Shown in pieces: positions 11,293-22,090 of a stretch of 64,000 bases of DNA (the stretch's first letter is position 1; each line of letters opens with the position of its first letter). The position numbers were made by a program, and so were the translations under genes. The notes beneath the pieces were generated by a model. It worked only from the letters and a program-made list of their open reading frames with translations, made no database searches and was not told where the DNA came from. The DNA comes from Acaryochloridaceae cyanobacterium VAR_48_metabat_390. GTDB taxonomy: Bacteria; Cyanobacteriota; Cyanobacteriia; Thermosynechococcales; Thermosynechococcaceae. The stretch spans positions 23,225 to 87,224 of the forward strand of contig JANPLU010000090.1 of the NCBI GenBank assembly GCA_031422435.1. Reading direction: 5' to 3'.

Positions 11293-13779
11293 ATGTTTGA
11301 ACGCTTCACAGAAAAAGCTATCAAAGTTATCATGCTGGCCCAGGAAGAGGCTCGCCGCTTGGGACATAACTTTGTAGGGACAGAGCAAATTTTATTGGGT
11401 CTGATTGGTGAAGGCACTGGCGTTGCGGCAAAAGTGCTGAAATCAATGGGCGTCAACCTCAAAGATGCACGGATAGAAGTCGAAAAAATTATTGGTCGGG
11501 GTTCGGGCTTTGTTGCCGTCGAAATTCCCTTTACGCCAAGAGCAAAGCGTGTCTTAGAGCTATCTCTTGAGGAAGCGCGTCAGCTTGGTCACAACTACAT
11601 TGGCACAGAGCACCTACTGCTGGGCTTAATCCGTGAAGGAGAGGGCGTTGCCGCTAGGGTTTTAGAAAACCTGGGTGTAGATCTGTCCAAAGTGCGAACC
11701 CAAGTTATTCGGATGCTGGGCGAAACGGCGGAAGTATCCTCTGGCGGTGGCGGTGGCGGCGGTGGGCGCACCAAGACCCCAACCCTAGATGAGTTTGGCT
11801 CTAACCTGACCCAAATGGCGGCAGATGGCAAGTTAGACCCTGTGGTCGGGCGACAAAAAGAAATTGAGCGCGTGATTCAGATCTTGGGTCGCCGCACCAA
11901 AAATAATCCTGTCCTCATTGGAGAACCTGGGGTAGGTAAAACGGCGATCGCCGAAGGTCTTGCCCAGCGCATCGCTACGGGCGACATCCCCGATATCCTC
12001 GAAGATAAACGGGTGATGACGTTGGATATTGGTCTACTCGTCGCAGGTACCAAATACCGAGGTGAGTTTGAAGAACGCCTCAAAAAAATCATGGATGAAA
12101 TCCGTCAGGCATCCAACGTAATTTTGGTGATCGACGAAGTTCATACCCTGATTGGAGCAGGTGCCGCAGAAGGGGCGATCGACGCTGCCAATATTCTCAA
12201 ACCTGCCCTAGCACGGGGCGAACTCCAGTGTATTGGCGCAACTACTTTAGATGAGTATCGTAAGCACATCGAGCGAGATGCGGCACTAGAGCGCCGCTTT
12301 CAGCCCGTGACCGTGGGTGAACCCTCTGTGGATGAAACCATTGAGATTCTTTATGGCCTACGAGAGCGCTACGAAAAGCACCACAAACTCAAAATTTCAG
12401 ATGAGGCATTAGTCGCTGCGGCTCAGCTAGCGGATCGATACATTTCAGACCGATTCTTGCCAGATAAGGCCATTGATTTGATGGATGAAGCGGGTTCACG
12501 GGTTCGCCTGATGAATTCTCAGCTTCCCCCTGCGGCAAAAGAGCTAGACCAGCAGCTCCGCCAAGTTCTGCGTGACAAAGATGAGGCCGTGCGCTCCCAA
12601 GACTTTGACAAAGCAGGGGAACTGCGCGACAAAGAAATGGAGCTGAAGACCGAAATTAAGGCGATCGCCCAAAATAAAAAGGCATCCGAGGTTGTGACAG
12701 AGGGCGGTGAATTTCCTATCGTCACAGAAGAAGACATTGCGGGCATTGTCGCATCTTGGACTGGGGTTCCGGTCAGTAAGCTCACAGAATCTGAGTCTGA
12801 AAAGCTGCTGCACATGGAAGACACTCTGCACCAGCGCCTGATTGGTCAAGATGAAGCGGTAAAATCCATCTCTCGCGCCATCCGTCGCGCGCGGGTTGGG
12901 TTAAAAAACCCCAATCGTCCGATTGCTAGCTTTATTTTCTCTGGTCCAACTGGGGTCGGTAAAACGGAGCTGACCAAAGCCTTAGCTGCTTACTTCTTTG
13001 GCGCTGAAGAAGCCATGATTCGACTAGACATGTCTGAGTACATGGAGCGGCACACCGTCTCGAAGCTGATCGGCTCACCCCCTGGGTATGTGGGCTATAA
13101 CGAAGGCGGTCAGCTCACTGAAGCTGTTCGTCGGAAGCCTTATACCGTTGTGCTGTTTGATGAAATCGAAAAAGCGCACCCTGACGTGTTTAACCTTCTG
13201 CTCCAAATTTTGGAAGATGGTCGGTTAACAGATGCGAAGGGACGTACCGTTGATTTTAAAAACACCATGCTGATCATGACCTCGAACATTGGTTCTAAGG
13301 TCATTGAAAAAGGCGGCGGCGGCCTTGGGTTTGAGTTTGGAGAAAGCGAAGTTGATTCGCAGTATAACCGAATTCGTTCCTTGGTAAACGAAGAGCTGAA
13401 GCAGTACTTCCGACCAGAATTCCTGAACCGTCTGGACGAAATTATCGTCTTCCGTCAGCTCACGAAGCCTGAAGTGAAGGAAATTGCCGATATTCTGCTC
13501 AACGAAGTCTTTAAGCGGCTTCTAGAGAAGAATATTACCTTAGAGGTCACAGAGCGATTCAAAGATCGTCTTGTGGAAGAAGGCTACAACCCTAGCTATG
13601 GAGCGCGTCCCCTCCGTCGTGCAATTATGCGGCTCTTAGAAGACAGCTTGGCGGAAGAGATTCTGTCCGGCAAGATTCGAGAAACCGATAAGATTATCGT
13701 GGACGTGAATGAAGAGGGTCAGGTCGCGGTTCTTCATCCAGAGAAGACTCAAGAGCTTCTGCCTCAAGCTGTTGAGTAG
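11293..13779 (+). CDS. clpC: ATP-dependent Clp protease ATP-binding subunit ClpC
   Basis: Starts [25 protein letters not shown]; two AAA+ modules ([16 protein letters not shown]). Confidence 0.98.
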   Translation: MFERFTEKAIKVIMLAQEEARRLGHNFVGTEQILLGLIGEGTGVAAKVLKSMGVNLKDARIEVEKIIGRGSGFVAVEIPFTPRAKRVLELSLEEARQLGHNYIGTEHLLLGLIREGEGVAARVLENLGVDLSKVRTQVIRMLGETAEVSSGGGGGGGGRTKTPTLDEFGSNLTQMAADGKLDPVVGRQKEIERVIQILGRRTKNNPVLIGEPGVGKTAIAEGLAQRIATGDIPDILEDKRVMTLDIGLLVAGTKYRGEFEERLKKIMDEIRQASNVILVIDEVHTLIGAGAAEGAIDAANILKPALARGELQCIGATTLDEYRKHIERDAALERRFQPVTVGEPSVDETIEILYGLRERYEKHHKLKISDEALVAAAQLADRYISDRFLPDKAIDLMDEAGSRVRLMNSQLPPAAKELDQQLRQVLRDKDEAVRSQDFDKAGELRDKEMELKTEIKAIAQNKKASEVVTEGGEFPIVTEEDIAGIVASWTGVPVSKLTESESEKLLHMEDTLHQRLIGQDEAVKSISRAIRRARVGLKNPNRPIASFIFSGPTGVGKTELTKALAAYFFGAEEAMIRLDMSEYMERHTVSKLIGSPPGYVGYNEGGQLTEAVRRKPYTVVLFDEIEKAHPDVFNLLLQILEDGRLTDAKGRTVDFKNTMLIMTSNIGSKVIEKGGGGLGFEFGESEVDSQYNRIRSLVNEELKQYFRPEFLNRLDEIIVFRQLTKPEVKEIADILLNEVFKRLLEKNITLEVTERFKDRLVEEGYNPSYGARPLRRAIMRLLEDSLAEEILSGKIRETDKIIVDVNEEGQVAVLHPEKTQELLPQAVE

Positions 13780-13810
13780 ATTTGTAACCTAGCGTTCATC
13801 AGGTCTGTTA

Positions 13811-13850
13811 AAAGAAATACCGCACTCTATGTAGAGTGCGGTATTTCTTT
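13811..13850. terminator. Bidirectional intrinsic terminator downstream of clpC
   Basis: Perfect 19-bp inverted repeat AAAGAAATACCGCACTCTA-tg-TAGAGTGCGGTATTTCTTT between convergent genes. Confidence 0.85.
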
Positions 13851-13927
13851 GGCTGAAGCAAACTTCATGTTGGTAATTTATTAAAGGCTGAGAACTTAAA
13901 CCTTCTTTAAATGAGATGTCAGTGATT

Positions 13928-14155
13928 TTAGTAAGCTGCCGTTACCCTAGGGCTAGAAATTCTCCGGTGTAGCATAACCGAGGCTGTAGATAAGCCAGGG
14001 GCATAGCACTCAATCACTTTACCCGTTAAGCTACAGCTTACGAGAAGGTAGTCACACTCTGGACATTGAGTCCGAATCAGATTGCTCTCTTCAATGTGAT
14101 GTCTTTCTCCGTAGCGACCACAGTTGGGGCATCTCACGGTTTCTATCTGTGTCAT
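13928..14155 (-). CDS. Small Cys-rich zinc-ribbon protein (cyanobacterial family often auto-labelled 'PriA')
   Basis: CPNCG...RTQCPECDYLLVSC..TGKVIE.YAPG pattern; 75 aa. Confidence 0.8.
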   Translation of the reverse strand: MTQIETVRCPNCGRYGERHHIEESNLIRTQCPECDYLLVSCSLTGKVIECYAPGLSTASVMLHRRISSPRVTAAY

Positions 14156-14571
14156 CTTAAAGTCCTTGTTTGTGATGGTTGTAATAAAAATAAACTCGTC
14201 TCAGCAAATCAGATATCTACTGTGCGTTTAGTTGAGACTAAGCGTGTAGGGAAGTTAAAGAAGTTGGAATTCAATGCATAAACGATTCAAAATAATGAAG
14301 AAAACAACTTGAACATGAAGCAAGATAAAAGCTGATAGATAAGCTCTACTTCTATAGTGCATCAAGAAATCGGATTGATCCCAGGGAAAACCTTAAGACA
14401 AAATGTGAATTTTCTGAGAACTACTATTTTGAACATGAGACGGCTTGCATTGGGGATCAAGTGATTCACAATCTTAACTGTATCTAAAAAGCTTGGGATC
14501 AATCTATTCGTCTTAAGAGAGAATTGAATCTGCTCTTTGGACAGACTGAACCGCTCTTAAAATTCTCATAT

Positions 14572-16032
14572 TCATAGGTTGTTGGGCAGTGACGAACAGC
14601 GCTGAAGCTGTGTGATCGCCATCACAACCTGCTCAACTGCCCGCTGAAGGACAGATGTGGGTTGGGTGGAGTGATTCACCAAAATACTAAACGTCAAGGG
14701 TGACTGATCGAGACGCTCCAGATAGCCGGACAGTGCCGTTACGCCCTGAAGCGTTCCAGTTTTAGCCCACAGCCGCCCCTGGGCAACCGTGCCTATAAAC
14801 CGCCGTCGCAGCGTTCCGCTTTGGCCTGCTAGGGGCAAAGACGCACGAAAGTTGTCGCGGTACTGAGGTTGAGCCATCGCCTTTAGGGTCTGGACGATTG
14901 CTCTTGGACTTACTAAATTTTTGCGCGATAGCCCAGACCCGTCTACAAGCTGGTAGCCCAAAGAATTCACCCCTAGCCGTGTTAGGGCTTGCTTAAGCGC
15001 AGCTAACCCTTGCTGAGCGGTCGAGGGAGATGAGCCGACTGTTTGCGCTGTTTTTCCAAGCAGCCGAAGCACGGATTCTGCGTAGAAATTATTGCTGTTT
15101 TGATTGATCTCGGACATGAGCGCACTGAAAGACGGAAATGGAATAGATGCGATGGGTGTTGATTGAGGTTGAGGGGCGGCGGTAGTAGTAAGAGACACTT
15201 GGCGAATTTGGATTTGGCGATCGCCTAAAATCGCCCGAAACCGCTCTAGAAAATTCAGGCCAGGGTTGGGGACTGGAATCTCAATCGTCTCGGCGGCTGA
15301 ACCCGCCCGAAGCTGACCTTTGAGGGTGAGCTGATTACCTTCCCAAACCGTTTCAATAGATTCAGGCGCAGAGGCACTGACCGTAACCATTTGATTTTTG
15401 ACCCGTACATCCTTACGGATGCCAGCAGAAAGCCACTGCGATCGCACGGGCTGCCCTACCTGCTGAGGCGTGAGCTGCATTGAGAACACGTTGCCGTTGA
15501 GCATGAGGCTATTGATCGGCAACCCATCCCCCCCTTGTAAGTCTTCCCAAGACCAGCTCGGTTCAATCAGATTGCCCGTAAAAAATGAGTCATCTCCAAC
15601 TAGGGTGCCGATGCTGCGTACCCCTTTAGACTGGAGGATGCCTGCAACTTGTTCCAACTGCTTTTCGTTGAGGCTAGGGTCGCCTTGACCCACCACGCGC
15701 AGGGTTTCTAGGGCAGGCAGTTGACCCGTGGCAAAAAATGGCGTTTGCGGCTTGAACTGAGGGGTAAGCGTGGCTAGAGCAGCGGCAGTTGTAAGCAGCT
15801 TTGCATTAGAAGCAGGCAGAAATAGCTGGTCTGCGTTGTAGGCGTAGGGCGTAGCGCCGTTGCTTAAATCCTGTACCAAAATGCCCCAGTAGGCAGTTCT
15901 CAAGGATGGCTGCTGAATGACGGCATCAATAGCACTGCTAAGTTGGGGAGGACACAGCGACTGAGCGGAAGCAACCTGCGCCAGTAGTGCCCAAGCGCAT
16001 ATCCCACCCAAACTATCTTTGATTTTTACCAT
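14572..16032 (-). CDS. dacB: D-Ala-D-Ala carboxypeptidase/endopeptidase (PBP4, peptidase S13)
   Basis: PASNAK (SxxK), SNN, DGSGLSR and KTG motifs; signal peptide after ATG 16032. Confidence 0.93.
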   Translation of the reverse strand: MVKIKDSLGGICAWALLAQVASAQSLCPPQLSSAIDAVIQQPSLRTAYWGILVQDLSNGATPYAYNADQLFLPASNAKLLTTAAALATLTPQFKPQTPFFATGQLPALETLRVVGQGDPSLNEKQLEQVAGILQSKGVRSIGTLVGDDSFFTGNLIEPSWSWEDLQGGDGLPINSLMLNGNVFSMQLTPQQVGQPVRSQWLSAGIRKDVRVKNQMVTVSASAPESIETVWEGNQLTLKGQLRAGSAAETIEIPVPNPGLNFLERFRAILGDRQIQIRQVSLTTTAAPQPQSTPIASIPFPSFSALMSEINQNSNNFYAESVLRLLGKTAQTVGSSPSTAQQGLAALKQALTRLGVNSLGYQLVDGSGLSRKNLVSPRAIVQTLKAMAQPQYRDNFRASLPLAGQSGTLRRRFIGTVAQGRLWAKTGTLQGVTALSGYLERLDQSPLTFSILVNHSTQPTSVLQRAVEQVVMAITQLQRCSSLPNNL

Positions 16033-16144
16033 CTCTGTCTCCAACGTGCCTGAGTTGGCGCAATAGTCTACCTTAAATAAGATAAAGGCCAATGGTGGCT
16101 GTTCATTGCCCAATTTAGAACGCAAGAGCCAAAGCAGTAACCCC

Positions 16145-17893
16145 ATGAAAATTGCGATCGCCCAGCTCAATCCACTTGTGGGGGATATCGCCACCAATGC
16201 CCAAAAAATCTTGAGCGCGGCGCACACTGCCGCAGAGAGGGGCGCACGGCTGCTCTTGACCCCCGAACTTTCGCTCTGTGGCTATCCGCCCCGTGATCTG
16301 CTGCTTAATCCTGCCTTCGTGAGCAGCATGGAGCAGGCTTTGGAGCCACTGACTGCTGCATTGCCCCAGAATTTAGCGGTCTTAGTCGGGACGGTGGATC
16401 GCAATCTCAACGCCTTAACCTACGGCGAAAAGCCTCTCTACAACAGTACCGTTTGGCTAGAACGCAATAAGCCCCCGCGCTTTTTTCATAAGCGGCTGTT
16501 GCCCACCTACGATGTCTTTGACGAAGATCGCTATTTTGCCTCTGGCACCGAAAGCGGCATCATGACCTTGGATGGTCTGCACCTCGGCATTACCATCTGT
16601 GAAGATCTGTGGAATGAAGATTCGTTTTGGGGGCATCGTAGCTACGCCGCCAACCCTATTGCAGAATTGGTAGATCAGGGGGCTGACCTGGTCATCAATT
16701 TATCTGCTTCGCCGTTTTGCGTGGGGAAGCAGGCCATAAGAGAGGCGATGTTAAGCCACACCTCAGCCCGCTATAGCCGACCGATTCTGTACGTTAATCA
16801 GGTGGGGGGAAACGACGATCTTATTTTTGATGGACGTAGCTTAGCCGTCAGTCAGTCAGGGCAGATAGCGGCGCGAGGCGCGGCCTTTGCAGAAGATTTG
16901 ATTACGGTGGACTATGACGATAAGCGCCAAGAACTCTCCTTTGCTCAAATTGCCCCCAGCCCCCAGCAGCCCACCGAGGAAATTTGGGCTGCGCTGGTGT
17001 TGGGCGTTCAGGACTACGCCCATAAGTGTGGTTTTGAACAGGTAGTGCTGGGGTTAAGCGGCGGTATTGACTCGGCACTGGTGGCGGCGATCGCAGCAGA
17101 AGCCCTGGGTGCTTCAAACGTTCTCGGCGTTCTCATGCCCTCTCCTTACAGTTCTGATCACTCGATTGCTGATGCGTTAGCGCTAGCTCAAAACTTAGGT
17201 ATTGAAACCCAAACAATCCCCATCGCGCCCCTCATGGAAGGGTTTACTCAGTCCCTCGCGCCTCTATTTGTTGGGACAGAATCGGGTTTAGCCGAGGAGA
17301 ATATTCAGGCGCGAATCAGAGGCAACCTGCTGATGGCGATCGCCAATAAGTTTGGTCGGCTGCTCATCTCAACGGGCAATAAGTCTGAGGTGGCAGTAGG
17401 GTACTGCACTCTCTATGGCGACATGAGCGGAGGGCTGGCGGCGATCGCCGATGTCCCTAAAACCCGCGTCTATGAACTTTGTGAATGGCTCAATACCCCT
17501 CAGAGTCAAGTCTGGGTGCGATCGCTTTCTCCAAATGCAAAAGGGGAGACTATTCCAACCCATATTTTGACCAAGCCCCCGAGTGCAGAACTTAAGCCAG
17601 GTCAGCTCGATCAAGATTCTTTACCGTCCTATGATGTACTCGACGATATTTTGTACCGCTACATTGACGAGCATCAATCCCAGGCGGATATTATGGCTAG
17701 CGGACATGATGGGGCGATCGTGAGTCGGGTCTTAGGGTTAGTCAAACGAGCAGAATTTAAGCGACAGCAGGCCGCCCCTGGACTCAAAATCACTGACCGC
17801 GCCTTTGGGACAGGCTGGCGAATGCCGATCGCCTCTCAGTGGGAAGTACAAACGCCTCAACAGCCAGGCGCTTTAACAAAGACTGTAAGTTAA
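16145..17893 (+). CDS. nadE: Glutamine-dependent NAD+ synthetase
   Basis: Nitrilase-fold domain (PELSLCGYPP, ICEDLW) plus LGLSGGIDS, NKSE and PSAEL motifs; ATG 16145. Confidence 0.96.
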   Translation: MKIAIAQLNPLVGDIATNAQKILSAAHTAAERGARLLLTPELSLCGYPPRDLLLNPAFVSSMEQALEPLTAALPQNLAVLVGTVDRNLNALTYGEKPLYNSTVWLERNKPPRFFHKRLLPTYDVFDEDRYFASGTESGIMTLDGLHLGITICEDLWNEDSFWGHRSYAANPIAELVDQGADLVINLSASPFCVGKQAIREAMLSHTSARYSRPILYVNQVGGNDDLIFDGRSLAVSQSGQIAARGAAFAEDLITVDYDDKRQELSFAQIAPSPQQPTEEIWAALVLGVQDYAHKCGFEQVVLGLSGGIDSALVAAIAAEALGASNVLGVLMPSPYSSDHSIADALALAQNLGIETQTIPIAPLMEGFTQSLAPLFVGTESGLAEENIQARIRGNLLMAIANKFGRLLISTGNKSEVAVGYCTLYGDMSGGLAAIADVPKTRVYELCEWLNTPQSQVWVRSLSPNAKGETIPTHILTKPPSAELKPGQLDQDSLPSYDVLDDILYRYIDEHQSQADIMASGHDGAIVSRVLGLVKRAEFKRQQAAPGLKITDRAFGTGWRMPIASQWEVQTPQQPGALTKTVS

Positions 17894-17914
17894 AGCCCGT
17901 GAATAAGCTTGACC

Positions 17915-18907
17915 CTAAAATGGGTTTGCTACAGATTGGGTCACAGGACAGCCAATATTAATTTCTTGGCTTTTAGGAAAGCTGCGAAGAAGCTGTAAAA
18001 ACTTCTCGCCCTCAAAACTTCTGGGGTCGCGGCGCGTTCCAGACCGATCTACGCCTTTATGACTGGTGATGCGATCTTCTGAAACGCCTGTTTTTGAGAC
18101 TAACCATGCGGCTGAACGATACTGAGCATTGGTATAGCCGCTGTGGGTATTGCCGTTATGCCTGCCGTCCACAGGTGTTTCAAACGAGATGTGGTAGGCA
18201 AAATTATTGACCGATGAGGCGTAGAGTCGATTGGTTTTGACGGATTCTCCCTCAAACATTGAATTCCCTGCGCCAAAGGCTCGCTTGTCTGGCGGGACGA
18301 GGTAAAAAATAGTGCCGTCTAATTTGATTAGCGTATGATAGCTGACCTGATCTGCATCACGGGGGTGGGGCGTTTGGAAAAACCTCACGGTTTGCCAGCC
18401 AGCGCTGACTGTCTCGTGCAGCACTATAATCGGCGGATTTGTCACAACCTGACCATTGATGTCTTGGAGATATCGCTCCCCAAAGTTAGTGGGGTGTGCT
18501 AGGGCCACTTCTTCTCTGGGTGGAGGGCTTGAAAAGTTGCTGTAAGAATACTGCTGCGAATTTGACGGAAAGGTTGCAAGAGAGGCCTGAGCATTCCCCT
18601 GACGAAACCGATCAAGGGTAAGAGGACCTGCCACAAACGCGGTTTCAATATTGGGCTGAGGAGGATACAGCTTGGGTCTTTGCTGGCACCCCACCACAGG
18701 CACATCCGTCAGACTATAGGACTGGCTTCTATTTCGGTTCACAAACTGCGCTAGAAGCTCCCTTGGCTGACGGCTAATCACAAAATCAGCCACCGACTGC
18801 ACAGCCCAGCTTGCTTTAACGCTGCCTATCAGGAGAACCATAACCAGCGCGAGGGTTCCTAACATGACCAAAATTTTATGCTTCATGGCGTTCTTTCTGG
18901 CTTCCAT
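17915..18907 (-). CDS. Secreted N-acetylmuramoyl-L-alanine amidase (Amidase_2)
   Basis: Signal peptide; IIVLHET, SYH..I..DG, ITSHK.VD and DP motifs. Confidence 0.85.
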   Translation of the reverse strand: MEARKNAMKHKILVMLGTLALVMVLLIGSVKASWAVQSVADFVISRQPRELLAQFVNRNRSQSYSLTDVPVVGCQQRPKLYPPQPNIETAFVAGPLTLDRFRQGNAQASLATFPSNSQQYSYSNFSSPPPREEVALAHPTNFGERYLQDINGQVVTNPPIIVLHETVSAGWQTVRFFQTPHPRDADQVSYHTLIKLDGTIFYLVPPDKRAFGAGNSMFEGESVKTNRLYASSVNNFAYHISFETPVDGRHNGNTHSGYTNAQYRSAAWLVSKTGVSEDRITSHKGVDRSGTRRDPRSFEGEKFLQLLRSFPKSQEINIGCPVTQSVANPF

Positions 18908-18916
18908 GGAATGCCG

Positions 18917-19684
18917 CTATCCCATCACCTGAATCACGGGACCCTTGGCTAAACTTCCTGGGCTGAGGCTGAGGCTGTTCACTTTTCCCTTACGAATTGC
19001 TGTTCCTGCCATGGTCTTCAAAAAGTCATCCACGGGCTGGAGCGTGCAGGTAAAGGAATCTGCTGCTGCGGTCTTATAGTGGGTTGGAATCACGAGCTTG
19101 GGCTGAAGCAGGGCGATCGCCGCCTTTGCCTCCTCTGGTGTGTAGGTTTCATCCGTCCCTCCGACCGGAATAAATAGCACATCCGGCGTGCCTAGCAAAA
19201 TCTTTTGCTCAATATTGAGCGGAGAGGCAATCCCCCCCAAATGAACCAGGTTTAGCCCACCCTGCTTCCACTTCCAGACCGTATTGGTGCCAAAGCGAAA
19301 CCCATTCTGGCGATCGTGAAGCGTGCGAATCCCCTGAAGCTGTAGCCCATTTGTTTGATAAGGCCCTGGCTCAAACAGCAGTTTAGGCTGACCTGGTAAA
19401 CCTTCAACTACGCCTTCATCCAGTTGACGGCTGCTGATAAGAACCAGTTCTGAAGACACCTTGGGCGCTGCAAACTTTGCTGTACAGCCAGTCGGACGAA
19501 AAGGATTAACCAAAACCCGCACGCCGCTGCCGCTGATGAGAAAGCAGGTGTGTCCTAAAAACTGGATGGTCAGTGACTCAGCAGCCTCTGCCTTCAGCGT
19601 GAAGTGAGTCGCTAAGCCCATCCCTAAGCTGGCGATCAGTCCGCCTTGGGCATAGCGCAGAAACTGCCTCCGTCTAATAGTCAT
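18917..19684 (-). CDS. MBL-fold metallo-hydrolase-like protein with Tat signal
   Basis: RRRQFL twin-arginine signal; FLGHTCF, VHLG and IPTHY motifs; conserved downstream of trpG. Confidence 0.85.
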   Translation of the reverse strand: MTIRRRQFLRYAQGGLIASLGMGLATHFTLKAEAAESLTIQFLGHTCFLISGSGVRVLVNPFRPTGCTAKFAAPKVSSELVLISSRQLDEGVVEGLPGQPKLLFEPGPYQTNGLQLQGIRTLHDRQNGFRFGTNTVWKWKQGGLNLVHLGGIASPLNIEQKILLGTPDVLFIPVGGTDETYTPEEAKAAIALLQPKLVIPTHYKTAAADSFTCTLQPVDDFLKTMAGTAIRKGKVNSLSLSPGSLAKGPVIQVMG

Positions 19685-19836
19685 GCGTTCAGTCTTCCTT
19701 AGGGTACAAAGTCTCAAAATAAATGATGGCAGCGGCACAGGCGACCGCTCAAAATCTAGTATGAGTGTACCTGTCAACGGTACTTTCCTTCAAAAAGACC
19801 GCTAGATTGAGCCATTGTTCCTGAGGCCGAAGCACA

Positions 19837-20454
19837 TCAACGCAGTGATAGTGCCGCTGCGGAAGGACTCAGCGCCATCAGAAAATTTTGCAGCAGCAGC
19901 ATACCCGATTCCGTTAAGATGCTTTCTGGATGAAACTGAACCCCTTGCAGATGCGGATACTCACGGTGACGCACGCCCATAATGGTGCCGTCTTCTGTCC
20001 ATGCCGTGATTTCTAGAACCTCGGGACAAGTGGAGCGCTCAATCACAAGACTGTGGTAGCGGGTAGCGGTAAAAGGGTTCTCAAGCTTCTCAAATACACC
20101 CACGCCCAAATGCAAAATAGGGGAGGTTTTGCCGTGCATGAGCACTGGGGCTGAGACAATATTGCCACCGTAGACCTGACCGATGCTTTGATGCCCCAAA
20201 CAGACGCCCAGAATGGGCATTGATGCCCCCAATTCGCGGATCACGTCTAGAGAAATGCCTGCATCTTCTGGACGGCCGGGGCCAGGTGAAATAACGATCG
20301 CATCGGGAGCCAGTTGGCGAATCTCGTCTAGGGAAATCTGGTCATTGCGATACACCTGCAAATCGCTGGCGACGGGGTAGGTGTGCCCTAACTCTCCGAG
20401 GTACTGCACCAAGTTATACGTAAAGCTGTCGTAGTTATCAATGACGATAATCAA
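19837..20454 (-). CDS. trpG: Anthranilate/aminodeoxychorismate synthase component II
   Basis: [24 protein letters not shown] and QFHPES motifs. Confidence 0.95.
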   Translation of the reverse strand: MIIVIDNYDSFTYNLVQYLGELGHTYPVASDLQVYRNDQISLDEIRQLAPDAIVISPGPGRPEDAGISLDVIRELGASMPILGVCLGHQSIGQVYGGNIVSAPVLMHGKTSPILHLGVGVFEKLENPFTATRYHSLVIERSTCPEVLEITAWTEDGTIMGVRHREYPHLQGVQFHPESILTESGMLLLQNFLMALSPSAAALSLR

Positions 20455-20519
20455 CGCGCGTCACTCCTTCAAGCTATTACCTGGCTAGTCTATCCTGATT
20501 GGCTAACCCCCCGACCGGT

Positions 20520-20993
20520 TTAATGGCCTAGTACCGCAAGGGCTGCAACGACTCTCCATAATGGGGGCAGCAGCAAACAGCTCGCTACGCCAAGAGAAGC
20601 CAGGGTAGACACCAGCACCGCCCCAGCCGCACAGTCTTTTGCAATTTTGGCGAGCTCGTGATACTGAGTATCAACCACAAGGTCCACGACGGCTTCAATA
20701 GCTGTATTCAATAACTCCAGGGTTAAGACAAGACCAATAGTAAGACCAATTAAAGCCAGCTCAACAGGCAGCAGGTGCAGCAATATTCCTGAACTCACGG
20801 CTATGCTGCCAATTACCGCATGAATCCGAAAGTTGCGTTGGGTGACGAAGGCGTACTTTAGCCCTGCACCAGCGTATTGAAAGCTAACCCATAGATTTTG
20901 GGCAATTTGAAAGGAGTGCTCTCGTCGTCCGGGCTGACGCTTTGCAGAGCGGATAGAAGTGCTGTGAAGAGATTGCAATAGCTTTTCAGGCAT
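20520..20993 (-). CDS. dgkA: Diacylglycerol/undecaprenol kinase (DgkA family)
   Basis: QRNFRIH, ELLNTAIEAVVD and AKIAKDCAAGAV motifs; start may be GTG 21014. Confidence 0.92.
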   Translation of the reverse strand: MPEKLLQSLHSTSIRSAKRQPGRREHSFQIAQNLWVSFQYAGAGLKYAFVTQRNFRIHAVIGSIAVSSGILLHLLPVELALIGLTIGLVLTLELLNTAIEAVVDLVVDTQYHELAKIAKDCAAGAVLVSTLASLGVASCLLLPPLWRVVAALAVLGH

Positions 20994-21123
20994 ACAGGTA
21001 GCAGTTATACTCACACCGAGTTTGATAGAAAGCTTAGCATTTCCCCCTTTGTTTCACAGTTTTAGCATACCCCTCGGCACAAATTTGTAGCCCTACCCAC
21101 GTCAATTTTTAAAAGTACCTGCC

Positions 21124-21687
21124 TTAAACGTATCCCAGTGCCTGAGCTGACCATAAAGGCGGCTTAACCCCAATTTGCTCAATGAGACGGGCTTGCTGTG
21201 ACAGCATTTGATGAAGGTGTGCTGCGTCTGGGTGATCCCATCCAAGTAAATGAAGCAGTCCATGACTGGCTAACCAAAGCAGCTCTAGAGCAAGATCGTG
21301 ACCATTTTCTGCTGCCTGACGGTTTGCTGTCTCCACAGATATTGCGATATCACCCAGATTAGTTGGGAGGTCTGCCATCTCTGGTGCTGTGGGGTTTTCA
21401 TACTCTAGGGCGGCAAAGGCCAAGACATCGGTGGCTTGATCTTGGTGGCGATAGGTGGCGTTGAGGGTCTGGATTTCAGCATCCGTTGTCAGCAAGAGGC
21501 TGACTTCGTAGGACTGGATTTTAGATTGCTGAGGGTTGAGCGCATTTATCCACTGTTCAAAATAGGTTTGCCACTGATGTTCTGATAGCGCTGCCATCGA
21601 ACCTATCCCAACGACACCTAACCTATCTGTCTCGAACGCGTTTAGTAGATCTGGCTGTACCTGTAGCGCTAAATCAACCTGAATCAT
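21124..21687 (-). CDS. ybeY: rRNA maturation RNase YbeY
   Basis: LN..YR..D.ATDVL, LGDIAIS and HGLLHLLGWDH motifs. Confidence 0.95.
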   Translation of the reverse strand: MIQVDLALQVQPDLLNAFETDRLGVVGIGSMAALSEHQWQTYFEQWINALNPQQSKIQSYEVSLLLTTDAEIQTLNATYRHQDQATDVLAFAALEYENPTAPEMADLPTNLGDIAISVETANRQAAENGHDLALELLWLASHGLLHLLGWDHPDAAHLHQMLSQQARLIEQIGVKPPLWSAQALGYV

Positions 21688-21708
21688 AGGGAGAACTTGC
21701 TCTATGGC

Positions 21709-21885
21709 CTAGTGATGAGTTAAAAAAGCTAATCCCAGCAGTACAGTCATTAACCCCAGGCTAGTCAAACCAAAGTGAACTAGAGACTGGCGAGATTTAC
21801 GCACCATGTTTCGCATGGCTAATTTGACATAGCTATCTTTGGGCTTGGGTGCGATGGCAGGGTCTTGGGTAGAGTTGGGTTCCAT
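21709..21885 (-). CDS. DUF3285-family small membrane protein (58 aa; not in the ORF track)
   Basis: Manual translation MEPNSTQDPAIAPKPKDSYVKLAMRNMVRKSRQSLVHFGLTSLGLMTVLLGLAFLTHH; SYVKLAMRNMVRK motif; sits upstream of ybeY. Confidence 0.9.
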   Translation of the reverse strand: MEPNSTQDPAIAPKPKDSYVKLAMRNMVRKSRQSLVHFGLTSLGLMTVLLGLAFLTHH

Positions 21886-21943
21886 GATGTAAGACGATGG
21901 GGCTTATGGTTAATTAACTGTAACAGGATACTTTAGGGGTCTG

Positions 21944-22087
21944 TGAAGGGTTGGTGAAGGCGCAAACAGCGTCATTGGGAAACCTTTAGCACCCGTTTGA
22001 TAGAGATAGTTTTTCTGATGCTAATCGCAGCATAAACATATTTCTAGAGATTTCCTGAAAGATCACCTTTGCCGAACCAACCCTTCA
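21944..22087. mobile_element. Candidate MITE remnant
   Basis: Perfect 12-bp terminal inverted repeats TGAAGGGTTGGT...ACCAACCCTTCA bounding 144 bp of non-coding DNA; no clear target duplication. Confidence 0.4.
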
Positions 22088-22090
22088 TCG

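Noticed and set aside
13928..14155. PriA helicase
   Set aside because: Only 75 aa with no helicase motifs; just a zinc-ribbon-like pattern.
16033..16227. Apparent head-to-head overlap of dacB and nadE in the ORF track
   Set aside because: Artefact of longest-ORF starts. ATG 16032 (dacB, signal peptide follows) and ATG 16145 (nadE, MKIAIAQLN) give a normal divergent gap.
21921..21932. NtcA site
   Set aside because: GTA and TAC are separated by 6 nt, not the required 8.
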